A stretch of DNA of 64,000 nt. Source: the human T2T-CHM13v2.0 reference genome, Homo sapiens. Shown here piece after piece: positions 42,254 to 56,100 of this stretch (position 1 is the stretch's first letter; each line of letters opens with the position of its first letter). Under the pieces are notes generated by a model that was given only the letters and a program-made list of their open reading frames with translations, was not told where the DNA came from and searched no databases. The stretch lies in the NCBI RefSeq assembly GCF_009914755.1, contig NC_060925.1, one strand, 5' to 3'. A program made the translations under genes and the position numbers.

Positions 42254-45200
42254 TCCATTTTATGATGATTCCATGCAATTCCATTAGATGATGACTCCTT
42301 TCATTTCCATTCGATGATGATTCCATTCGTTTCCATCCGATGATGATTCCATTCGATTCCGTTCAATGATTATTCCATTCGAGTCCATTCGATGATTCCA
42401 TTCGATTCCATTTGATGATGATTGCATTCGAGTCCATGGATTATTCCATTCCATTCCTTTAGATGATTCCATTCGGATCCGTTCGATGATTCTCTTCGAT
42501 TCCATTCGATAATTTCTTTTTTTTCCATTTGATGTTGATACAATTCGATTCCATTCGATGATAATTCCATTCGATTCTATGCGATGATTCCATTCCATTC
42601 CATTTGAAGATGATTCCATTCGAGACCATTCGATGATTGCATTCAATTCATTCGAGGACGATTCCATTCAATTCCGTTCAATGATTCCATTTGATTCCAT
42701 TTGATGTTGATTCCATTCGATTCCAATTGATGATGATTCCATGCAATTCAATTAGATGATGACTCCTTTCATTTCCATTCGATGATGATTCCATTCGTTT
42801 CCATCCGATGATGATTCAATTCGATTCCGTTCAATGATTATTCCATTCGAGTCCATTCGATGATTCCATTCGGTTCTATACGATGATGATTGCATTCGAG
42901 TCCGTGGATTATTCCATTCCATTCCATTAGATGATTCCATTCGAGTCCATTCGATGATTCTCTTCGATTCCATTCGATAATTCCGCTTGATTCCGTTTGA
43001 TGTTGATTCCATTCGAGTCCATTCAATGTTAATTCCATTCGATTCTATGCGATGATGCCATTCCTTTCCATTAGAAGATGTTTCCATTCGAGACCATTCG
43101 ATGATTGCATTCAATTCATTCGATGACGATTCCATTCAATTCTGTTCCATGATTCCATTAGATTCCATTTGATGATGATTCCATTCGATTCCATTTGATG
43201 ATGATTCCATGCGATTCCATTAGATGATGACCCCTTTCATTTCCATTCAATGAGTATTCCTTTCGGTTCCATTTGATGATGTTTCCTTTGAATTCCATTT
43301 GATGACAATTCCATTCAATACCAATTGATGATGGTTATTTTTGATTCCATTTGATGATGATTACATTCGATTCCATTTGATCATAATTCCATTCGATTCC
43401 ACTCGATGATTCCATTCGATTCCATTCAATGATGATTCCATTCCAGTTCATTGACTGTTCCATTCCATTCCACTCGATGATTCCATTCGAGTCCATTTGA
43501 TGATTGTATTCGATTGCATTCGATAATTCCATTCGATTGCATTCGATAATTCCTTTCGATTCCATTTGAGGATAATTCCATTTGAGTCCATTCGATGATT
43601 GTTCCATTCGATTCTATTCGGTGATTCCATTCGATTCCATTTGATAATGATTCCAATCGAGACCATTCGATGATTCCATTCAATTCCATTCAATCATGAT
43701 CCCTTTCGAGTCCATTCAATGATTCCATTCCAGTCCATTCGATGATTCCATCTGATTCCATTCAATGAATCCATTCGATTCCATTCATTTCCATCTGATG
43801 ATGATTCCATTCGATTCCATTCGATGATACCATTCGATTCCATTCGATGATGATTTCAATCAATTTTATTCGATGATTCCATTCGAATCCATTCGATGAT
43901 GAGTCCATCCATTTCAATTTCATGATAATTCCATTCGTTTCAATTCGATGGTGTTTCCATTCGATTCATTCGATGTTGATTCCATTAGCTTCCGTTGGAT
44001 GATGATTCCATTCGGGTCCATTCGATGATGATCACACTGGATTTCATTCCATAATTCTATTCGATTCCATTCGATGATGATTCCATTCATTTCCATCCGA
44101 TGATGATTCCATTCGATTCCGTTCAATGATTATTCCATTCGAGTCCATTCGATGATTCCATTCGATTCCATTCGATGATGATTGCATTCGAGTCCATGGA
44201 TTATTCCATTCCATTCCATTAGATGATTCCATTCGGGACCATTCGATGATTCTCTTCGATTCCATACGATAATTCCGTTTTTTTCCGTTTGATGTTGATT
44301 CCATTCGATTCCATTCGATGATAATTCCATTCGATTCTATGCGATGATTCCATTCCATTCCATTTGAAGATGATTCCATTCGAGACCATTCGATGATTGC
44401 ATTCAATTCATTCGATGACGATTCCATTCAATTCCGTTCAATGATTCCATTTGATTCCATTTCATGTTGATTGCATTCGATTCCATTTTATGATGATTCC
44501 ATGCAATTCCATTAGATGATGACTCCTTTCATTTCCATTCGGTGATGATTCCATTCGTTTCCATCCGATGATGATTCCATTCGATTCCGTTAAATGATTA
44601 TTCCATTCGAGTCCATTCGATGATTCCATTCGATTCCATTCGATGATGATTGCCTTCCAGTCCATGGATTATTCCATTCCATTCCATTAGATGATACCAT
44701 TCGGGTCCGTTCGAAGATTCTCTTCGATTCCATTCGATAATTCCGTTTTTTTCTGTTTGGCGTTGATACCATTCGATTCCATTCGATGATAATTCCATTC
44801 GATTCTATGCGATGATTCCATTCCTTTCCATTAGAAGATGATTCCATTCGAGACCATTCGATGATTGCATTCAATTCATTCGATGACGATTCCATTCAAT
44901 TCTGTTCAATGATTCCATCAGATTCCATTTGATGATGATTCCATTCGATTCCATTTGATGATGATTCCATGCGATTCCATTAGATGATGACCCTTTTCAT
45001 TTCCATTCAATGAGGATTCCATTCGGTTCCATTTGATGATGTTTCCTTTGAATTCCATTTGATGACAATTCCATTCAATACCAATTGATGATGGTTATTT
45101 TTGATTCCATTTGATGATGATTACATTTGATTCCATTTGATCATAATTCCATTCGATTCCACTCGATGATTCCATTCGATTCCATTCAATGATGATTCCA

Positions 45201-48200
45201 TTCGAGTTCATTGACTGTTCCATTCCATTCCATTCGATGATTCCATTCGAGTCCATTCGATGATTCTGTTCGATTGCATTCGATAATTCCATTCGATTGC
45301 ATTCGATAATTCCATTCGATTCCATTTGAGGATAATTCCATTTGAGTCCATTCGATGATTGTTCCATTCGATTCTATTCGGTGATTCCATTCGATTCCAT
45401 TTGATAATGATTCCAATCGAGACCATTCGATGATTCCATTCAATTCCATTCAATCATGATCCCTTTCGAGTCCATTCAATGATTCCATTCCAGTCCATTC
45501 GATGATTCCATCTGATTCCATTCAATGAATCCATTCGATTCCATTCTATGACGATTCCATTCATTTCCATCTGATGATGATTCCATTCGATTCCATTCAA
45601 TGATACCATTCGATTCCATTCGATGATGATTTCAATCAATTTTATTCGATGATTCCATTCGAATCCATTCGATGATGAGTCCATCCATTTCAATTTCATG
45701 GTAATTCCATTCGTTTCAATTCAATGGTGTTTCCATTTGATTCATTCGATGTTGATTCCATTAGCTTCCGTTGGATGATGATTCCATTCGGGTCCATTCG
45801 ATGATGATCACACTGGATTTCATTCCATAATTCTATTCGATTCCATTCGATGATGATTCCATTCATTTCCTTCCGATGATGATTCCATTCGATTCCGTTC
45901 AATGATTATTCCATTCGAGTCCATTCGATGATTCCATTCGATTCCATTGGATGATGATTGCATTCGAGTCCATGGATTATTCCATTCCATTCCATTAGAT
46001 GATTCCATTCGGGTCCATTCGATGATTCTCTTCGATTCCATTCGATTATTCCGTTTTTTTCCGTTCGATGTTGATTCCATTCGATTCCATTCGATGATAA
46101 TTCCATTCGATTCTATGCGATGATTCCATTCCATTCCATTTGAAGATGATTCCATTCGAGACCATTCGATGATTGCATTCAATTCATTCGATGACGATTC
46201 CATTCAATTCCGTTCAATGATTCCATTTGATTCCATTTGATGTTGATTCCATTCGATTCCATTTTATGATGATTCCATGCAATTCCATTAGATGATGACT
46301 CCTTTCATTTCCATTCGATGATGATTCCATTCGTTTCCATCCGATGATGATTCCATTCGATTCCGTTCAATGATTATTCCATTCGAGTCCATTCGATGAT
46401 TCCATTCGATTCCATTTGATGATGATTGCATTCGAGTCCATGGATTATTCCATTCCATTCCTTTAGATGATTCCATTCGGATCCGTTCGATGATTCTCTT
46501 CGATTCCATTCGATAATTTCTTTTTTTTCCATTTGATGTTGATACAATTCGATTCCATTCGATGATAATTCCATTCGATTCTATGCGATGATTCCATTCC
46601 ATTCCATTTGAAGATGATTCCATTCGAGACCATTCGATGATTGCATTCAATTCATTCGAGGACGATTCCATTCAATTCCGTTCAATGATTCCATTTGATT
46701 CCATTTGATGTTGATTCCATTCGATTCCAATTGATGATGATTCCATGCAATTCAATTAGATGATGACTCCTTTCATTTCCATTCGATGATGATTCCATTC
46801 GTTTCCATCCGATGATGATTCAATTCGATTCCGTTCAATGATTATTCCATTCGAGTCCATTCGATGATTCCATTCGGTTCTATACGATGATGATTGCATT
46901 CGAGTCCGTGGATTATTCCATTCCATTCCATTAGATGATTCCATTCGAGTCCATTCGATGATTCTCTTCGATTCCATTCGATAATTCCGCTTGATTCCGT
47001 TTGATGTTGATTCCATTCGAGTCCATTCAATGTTAATTCCATTCGATTCTATGCGATGATGCCATTCCTTTCCATTAGAAGATGTTTCCATTCGAGACCA
47101 TTCGATGATTGCATTCAATTCATTCGATGACGATTCCATTCAATTCTGTTCCATGATTCCATTAGATTCCATTTGATGATGATTCCATTCGATTCCATTT
47201 GATGATGATTCCATGCGATTCCATTAGATGATGACCCCTTTCATTTCCATTCAATGAGTATTCCTTTCGGTTCCATTTGATGATGTTTCCTTTGAATTCC
47301 ATTTGATGACAATTCCATTCAATACCAATTGATGATGGTTATTTTTGATTCCATTTGATGATGATTACATTCGATTCCATTTGATCATAATTCCATTCGA
47401 TTCCACTCGATGATTCCATTCGATTCCATTCAATGATGATTCCATTCCAGTTCATTGACTGTTCCATTCCATTCCACTCGATGATTCCATTCGAGTCCAT
47501 TTGATGATTGTATTCGATTGCATTCGATAATTCCATTCGATTGCATTCGATAATTCCTTTCGATTCCATTTGAGGATAATTCCATTTGAGTCCATTCGAT
47601 GATTGTTCCATTCGATTCTATTCGGTGATTCCATTCGATTCCATTTGATAATGATTCCAATCGAGACCATTCGATGATTCCATTCAATTCCATTCAATCA
47701 TGATCCCTTTCGAGTCCATTCAATGATTCCATTCCAGTCCATTCGATGATTCCATCTGATTCCATTCAATGAATCCATTCGATTCCATTCATTTCCATCT
47801 GATGATGATTCCATTCGATTCCATTCGATGATACCATTCGATTCCATTCGATGATGATTTCAATCAATTTTATTCGATGATTCCATTCGAATCCATTCGA
47901 TGATGAGTCCATCCATTTCAATTTCATGATAATTCCATTCGTTTCAATTCGATGGTGTTTCCATTCGATTCATTCGATGTTGATTCCATTAGCTTCCGTT
48001 GGATGATGATTCCATTCGGGTCCATTCGATGATGATCACACTGGATTTCATTCCATAATTCTATTCGATTCCATTCGATGATGATTCCATTCATTTCCAT
48101 CCGATGATGATTCCATTCGATTCCGTTCAATGATTATTCCATTCGAGTCCATTCGATGATTCCATTCGATTCCATTCGATGATGATTGCATTCGAGTCCA

Positions 48201-50420
48201 TGGATTATTCCATTCCATTCCATTAGATGATTCCATTCGGGACCATTCGATGATTCTCTTCGATTCCATACGATAATTCCGTTTTTTTCCGTTTGATGTT
48301 GATTCCATTCGATTCCATTCGATGATAATTCCATTCGATTCTATGCGATGATTCCATTCCATTCCATTTGAAGATGATTCCATTCGAGACCATTCGATGA
48401 TTGCATTCAATTCATTCGATGACGATTCCATTCAATTCCGTTCAATGATTCCATTTGATTCCATTTCATGTTGATTGCATTCGATTCCATTTTATGATGA
48501 TTCCATGCAATTCCATTAGATGATGACTCCTTTCATTTCCATTCGGTGATGATTCCATTCGTTTCCATCCGATGATGATTCCATTCGATTCCGTTAAATG
48601 ATTATTCCATTCGAGTCCATTCGATGATTCCATTCGATTCCATTCGATGATGATTGCCTTCCAGTCCATGGATTATTCCATTCCATTCCATTAGATGATA
48701 CCATTCGGGTCCGTTCGAAGATTCTCTTCGATTCCATTCGATAATTCCGTTTTTTTCTGTTTGGCGTTGATACCATTCGATTCCATTCGATGATAATTCC
48801 ATTCGATTCTATGCGATGATTCCATTCCTTTCCATTAGAAGATGATTCCATTCGAGACCATTCGATGATTGCATTCAATTCATTCGATGACGATTCCATT
48901 CAATTCTGTTCAATGATTCCATCAGATTCCATTTGATGATGATTCCATTCGATTCCATTTGATGATGATTCCATGCGATTCCATTAGATGATGACCCTTT
49001 TCATTTCCATTCAATGAGGATTCCATTCGGTTCCATTTGATGATGTTTCCTTTGAATTCCATTTGATGACAATTCCATTCAATACCAATTGATGATGGTT
49101 ATTTTTGATTCCATTTGATGATGATTACATTTGATTCCATTTGATCATAATTCCATTCGATTCCACTCGATGATTCCATTCGATTCCATTCAATGATGAT
49201 TCCATTCGAGTTCATTGACTGTTCCATTCCATTCCATTCGATGATTCCATTCGAGTCCATTCGATGATTCTATTCGATTGCATTCGATAATTCCATTCGA
49301 TTGCATTCGATAATTCCATTCGATTCCATTTGAGGATAATTCCATTTGAGTCCATTCGATGATTGTTCCATTCGATTCTATTCGGTGATTCCATTCGATT
49401 CCATTTGATAATGATTCCAATCGAGACCATTCGATGATTCCATTCAATTCCATTCAATCATGATCCCTTTCGAGTCCATTCAATGATTCCATTCCAGTCC
49501 ATTCGATGATTCCATCTGATTCCATTCAATGAATCCATTCGATTCCATTCTATGACGATTCCATTCATTTCCATCTGATGATGATTCCATTCGATTCCAT
49601 TCAATGATACCATTCGATTCCATTCGATGATGATTTCAATCAATTTTATTCGATGATTCCATTCGAATCCATTCGATGATGAGTCCATCCATTTCAATTT
49701 CATGGTAATTCCATTCGTTTCAATTCAATGGTGTTTCCATTTGATTCATTCGATGTTGATTCCATTAGCTTCCGTTGGATGATGATTCCATTCGGGTCCA
49801 TTCGATGATGATCACACTGGATTTCATTCCATAATTCTATTCGATTCCATTCGATGATGATTCCATTCATTTCCTTCCGATGATGATTCCATTCGATTCC
49901 GTTCAATGATTATTCCATTCGAGTCCATTCGATGATTCCATTCGATTCCATTGGATGATGATTGCATTCGAGTCCATGGATTATTCCATTCCATTCCATT
50001 AGATGATTCCATTCGGGTCCATTCGATGATTCTCTTCGATTCCATTCGATTATTCCGTTTTTTTCCGTTCGATGTTGATTCCATTCGATTCCATTCGATG
50101 ATAATTCCATTCGATTCTATGCGATGATTCCATTCCATTCCATTTGAAGATGATTCCATTCGAGACCATTCGATGATTGCATTCAATTCATTCGATGACG
50201 ATTCCATTCAATTCCGTTCAATGATTCCATTTGATTCCATTTGATGTTGATTCCATTCGATTCCATTTTATGATGATTCCATGCAATTCCATTAGATGAT
50301 GACTCCTTTCATTTCCATTCGATGATGATTCCATTCGTTTCCATCCGATGATGATTCCATTCGATTCCGTTCAATGATTATTCCATTCGAGTCCATTCGA
50401 TGATTCCATTCGATTCCATT
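42254..50420 (+). repeat. Near-identical 4004-bp tandem duplication within the array
   Basis: Matching ORFs at a constant offset of 4004 (42284/46288, 43920/47924, 44044/48048, 45820/49824). Flanking mismatches are C42253 vs T46257 and T46417 vs C50421. One internal difference was noticed, G45268 vs A49272. Confidence 0.93.
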
Positions 50421-52330
50421 CGATGATGATTGCATTCGAGTCCATGGATTATTCCATTCCATTCCATTAGATGATTCCATTCGGGTCCGTTCGAAGATTC
50501 TCTTCGATTCCATTCCATAATTCCGTTTTTTTCCGTTTGGTGTTGATACCATTCGATTCCATTCGATGATAATTCCATTCGATTCTATGCGATGATTCCA
50601 TTCTTTCCATTAGAAGATGATTCCATTCGAGACCATTCGATGATTGCATTCAATTCATTCGATGACGATTCCATTCAATTCTTTTCAATGATTCCATTAG
50701 ATTCCATTTGATGATGATTCCATTCGATTCCATTTGATGATGATTCCTTTCAATTCCATTTGATGACAATTCCATTCAATACCAATAGATGATGGTTATT
50801 TTTGATTCCATTTGATGATGATTAAATTGGATTGCATTTGATCATAATTCCATTCGATTCCACTCGATGATTCCATTCGATTCCATTCAATGATGATTCC
50901 ATTCGAGTTCATTGACTGTTCCATTCCATTCCATTCGATGATTCCATTCGATTCCATTCGATGATTCTATTCGATTGCATTCGATAATTCCATTCGATTG
51001 CATTCGATAATTCCATTCGATTCCATTTGAGGATAATTCCATTTGAGTCCATTCAATGATTGCTCCATTCGATTCTATTCGGTGATTCCATTCGATTCCA
51101 TTTGATAATAATTCCAAACGAGACCATTTGATGATTCCATTCAATTCCATTCAATCATGATCCCTTTCGAGTCCATTCAATGATTCCATTCCAGTCCATT
51201 CGATGATTCCATCTGATTCCATTCAATGAATCCATTCGATTCCATTCTATGACGATTCCATTCATTTCCATCTGATGATGATTCCATTCGATTCCATTCA
51301 ATGATACCATTCGATACAATTCAATGATGATTTCAATCAATTTTATTCGATGATTCCATTCGAATCCATTCGATGATGAGTCCATCCATTTCAATTTCAT
51401 GGTAATTCCATTCGTTTCAATTCGATGGTGTTTCCATTTGATTCATTCGATGTTGATTCCATTAGCTTCCGTTGGATGATGATTCCATTCGGGTCCATTC
51501 GATGATGATCACACTGGATTTCAATCCATAATTCTATTCGATTCCATTCGATGATGATTCCATTCATTTGCATCCGATGATGATTCCATTCGATTCCGTT
51601 CAATGATTATTCCATTCGAGTCCATTCGATGATTCCATTCGATTCCATTCGATGATGATTGCATTCGAGTCCATGGATTATTCCATTCCATTCCATTAGA
51701 TGATTCCATTCGGGTCCGTTCGATGATTCTCTTCGATTCCATTCGATAATTCCGTTTTTTTCCGTTTGATGTTGATTCCATTCGATTCCATTCGATGATA
51801 ATTCCATTCGATTCTATGCAATGCTTCCATTCCATTCCATTTGAAGATGATTCCATTCGAGACCATTCGATGATTGCATTCAATTCATTCGATGACGATT
51901 CCATTCAATTCCGTTCAATGATTCCATTTGATTCCATTTGATGTTGATTCCATTCGATTCCATTTTATGATGATTCCATGCAATTCCATTAGATGATGAC
52001 TCCTTTCATTTCCATTCGATGATGATTCCATTCGTTTCCATCCGATGATGATTCCATTCGATTCCGTTCAATGATTATTCCATTCGTGTCCATTCGATGA
52101 TTCCATTCGATTCCATTCGATGATGATTGCATTCGAGTCCGTGGATTATTCCATTCCATTCCATTAGATGATTCCATTCGAGTCCATTCGATGATTCTTT
52201 TTGATTCCATTCGATAATTCCGCTTGATTCCGTTTGATGTTGATTCCATTCGAGTCCATTAAATGTTAATTCCATTCGATTCTATGCGATGATTCCATTC
52301 CTTTCCATTAGAAGATGATTCCCTTCGAGA

Positions 52331-53128
52331 CCATTCGATGATTGCATTCAATTCATTCGATGACGATTCCATTCAATTCTGTTCAATGATTCCATTAGAT
52401 TCCATTTGATGATGATTCCATTCGATTCCATTTGATGATGATTCCATGCGATTCCATTAGATGATGACCCCTTTCATTTCCATTCAATGAGGATTCTATT
52501 CGGTTCCATTTGATGATGATTCCTTTGAATTCCATTTGATGACAAATCCATTCAATACCAATTGATGATGGTTATTTTTGATTCCATTTGATGATGATTA
52601 CATTCGATTCCATTTGATCATAATTCCATTCGATTCCACTCGATGATTCCATTCGATTCCATTCAATGATGATTCCATTCGAGTTCATTGACTGTTCCAT
52701 TCCATTCCATTCGATGATTCCATTCGAGTCCATTCGATGATTGCATTCAATTCATTCGATGACGATTCCATTCAATTCTGTTCAATGATTCCTTTAGATT
52801 CCATTTGATGATGATTCCATTCGATTCCATTTGATGATGATTCCATGCGATTCCATTAGATGATGACCCCTTTCATTTCCATTCAATGAGGATTCCTTTC
52901 GGTTCCATTTGATGATGTTTCCTTTGAATTCCATTTGATGACAATTCCATTCAATACCAATTGATGATGGTTATTTTTGATTCCATTTGATGATGATTAC
53001 ATTCGATTCCATTTGATCATAATTCCATTCGATTCCACTCGATGATTCCATTCGATTCCATTCAATGATGATTCCATTCCAGTTCATTGACTGTTCCATT
53101 CCATTCCACTCGATGATTCCATTCGAGT
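52331..53128 (+). repeat. 399-bp tandem duplication inside a unit (copy 3 of 4, recombinant right half)
   Basis: Same motif at 52458 and 52857; same junction at ~52730-52742; unit length 2175. Confidence 0.9.
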
Positions 53129-56100
53129 CCATTTGATGATTGTATTCGATTGCATTCGATAATTCCATTCGATTGCATTCGATAATTCCATTCGATTCCA
53201 TTTGAGGATAATTCCATTTGAGTCCATTCGATGATTGTTCCATTCGATTCTATTCGGTGATTCCATTCGATTCCATTTGATAATGATTCCAATCGAGACC
53301 ATTCGATGATTCCATTCAATTCCATTCAATCATGATCCCTTTCGAGTCCATTCAATGATTCCATTCCAGTCCATTCGATGATTCCATCTGATTCCATTCA
53401 ATGAATCCATTCGATTCCATTCTATGACGATTCCATTCATTTCCATCTGATGATGATTCCATTCGATTCCATTCAATGATACCATTCGATTCCATTCGAT
53501 GATGATTTCAATCAATTTTATTCGATGATTCCATTCGAATCCATTCGATGATGTGTCCATCCATTTCAATTTCATGGTAATTCCATTCGTTTCAATTCGA
53601 TGGTGTTTCCATTTGATTCATTCGATGTTGATTCCATTAGCATCCGTTGGATGATGATTCCATTCGGGTCCATTCGATGATGATCACACTGGATTTCATT
53701 CCATAATTCTATTCGATTCCATTCGATGATGATTCCATTCATTTCCATCCGATGATGATTCCATTCGATTCCGTGCAATGATTATTCCATTCGAGTCCAT
53801 TCGATGATTCCATTCGATTCCATTCGATGATGATTGCATTCGTGTCCATGGATTATTCCATTCCATTCCATTAGATGATTCCATGCGGGTCCGTTCGATG
53901 ATTCTCTTCGATTCCATTCGATAATTCCGTTTTTTTCCGTTTGATGTTGATACCATTCGATTCCATTCGATCATAATTCCATACGATTCCATGCGATGAT
54001 TCCATTCCATTCCATTTGTAGATGATTCCATTCGAGACCATTCGATGATTGCATTCAATTCATTCGATGACGATTCCATTCAATTCTGTTCAATTATTCC
54101 ATTTGGTTCCATTTGATGTTGATTCCATTCGATTCCATTTGATGATGATTCCATGCAATTCCATTAGATGATGACTCCTTTCATTTCCATTCGATGATGA
54201 TTCCATTCGTTTCCATCCGATGATGATTCCATTCGATTCCGTGCAATGATTATTCCATTCGAGTCCATTCGATGATTCCATTCGATTCCATTCGATGATG
54301 ATTGCATTCGAGTCCATGGATTATTCCATTCCATTCCATTAGATGATTCCAAGCGGGTCCGTTCGATGATTCTCTTCGATTCCATTCGATAATTCCGTTT
54401 TTTTCCGTTTCATGTTGATACCATTCGATTCCATTCGATCATAATTCCATACGATTCTATGCGATGATTCCATTCCATTCCATTTGAAGATGATTCCATT
54501 CGAGACCATTCGATGATTGCATTCAATTCATTCGATGACGATTCCATTCAATTCCGTTCAATGATTCCATTTGATTCCATTTGATGTTGATTCCATTCGA
54601 TTCCAATTGATGATGATTCCATGCAATTCAATTAGATGATGACTCCTTTCATTTCCATTCGATGATGATTCCATTCGTTTCCATCCGATGATGATTCAAT
54701 TCGATTCCGTTCAATGATTATTCCATTCGAGTCCATTCGATGATTCCATTCGGTTCTATACGATGATGATTGCATTCGAGTCCGTGGATTATTCCATTCC
54801 ATTCCATTAGATGATTCCATTCGAGTCCATTCGATGATTCTCTTCGATTCCATTCGATAATTCCGCTTGATTCCGTTTGATGTTGATTCCATTCGAGTCC
54901 ATTCAATGTTAATTCCATTCGATTCTATGTGATGATTCCATTCCTTTCCATTAGAAGATGATTCCATTCGAGACCATTCGATGATTGCATTCAATTCATT
55001 CGATGACGATTCCATTCAATTCTGTTCCATGATTCCATTAGATTCCATTTGATGATGATTCCATTCGATTCCATTTGATGATGATTCCATGCGATTCCAT
55101 TAGATGATGACCCCTTTCATTTCCATTCAATGAGGATTCCATTCGGTTCCATTTGATGATGATTCCTTTGAATTCCATTTGATGACAATTCCATTCAATA
55201 CCAATTGATGATGGTTATTTTTGATTCCATTTGATGATGATTACATTCGATTCCATTTGATCATAATTCCATTCAATTCCACTCGATGATTCCATTCGAT
55301 TCCATTCAATGATGATTCCATTCGAGTTCATTGACTGTTCCATTCCATTCCATTCGATGATTCCATTCGAGTCCATTCGATGATTCTATTCGATTGCGTT
55401 TGATAATTCCATTCGATTGCATTCGATAATTCCATTAGATTCCATTTGAGGATAATTCCATTTGAGTCCATTCGATGATTGTTCCATTCGATTCTATTCG
55501 GTGATTCCATTCGATTCCATTTGATAATGATTCCAATCGAGACCATTCGATGATTCCATTCAATTCCATTCAATCATGATCCCTTTCGAGTCCATTCAAT
55601 GATTCCATTCCAGTCCATTCGATGATTCCATCTGATTCCATTCAATGAATCCATTCGATTCCATTCTATGACGATTCCATTCATTTCCATCTGATGATGA
55701 TTCCATTCGATTCCATTCAATGATACCATTCGATTCCATTTGATGATGATTTCAATCAATTTTATTCGATGATTCCATTCGAATCCATTCGATGATGAGT
55801 CCATCCCTTTCAGTTTCATGATAATTCCATTCGTTTCAATTCGATGGTGTTTCCATTCGATTCATTCGATGTTGATTCCATTAGCTTCCGTTGGATGATG
55901 ATTCCATTAGGGTCCATTCGATGATCACACTGGATTTCATTCCATAATTCTATTCGATTCCATTCGATGATGATTCCATTCATATCCATCCGATGATGAT
56001 TCCATTCGATTCCGTTCAATGATTATTCCATTCGAGTCCATTCGATGATTCCATTCGATTCCATTCGATGATGATTGCATTCGAGTCCATGGATTATTCC

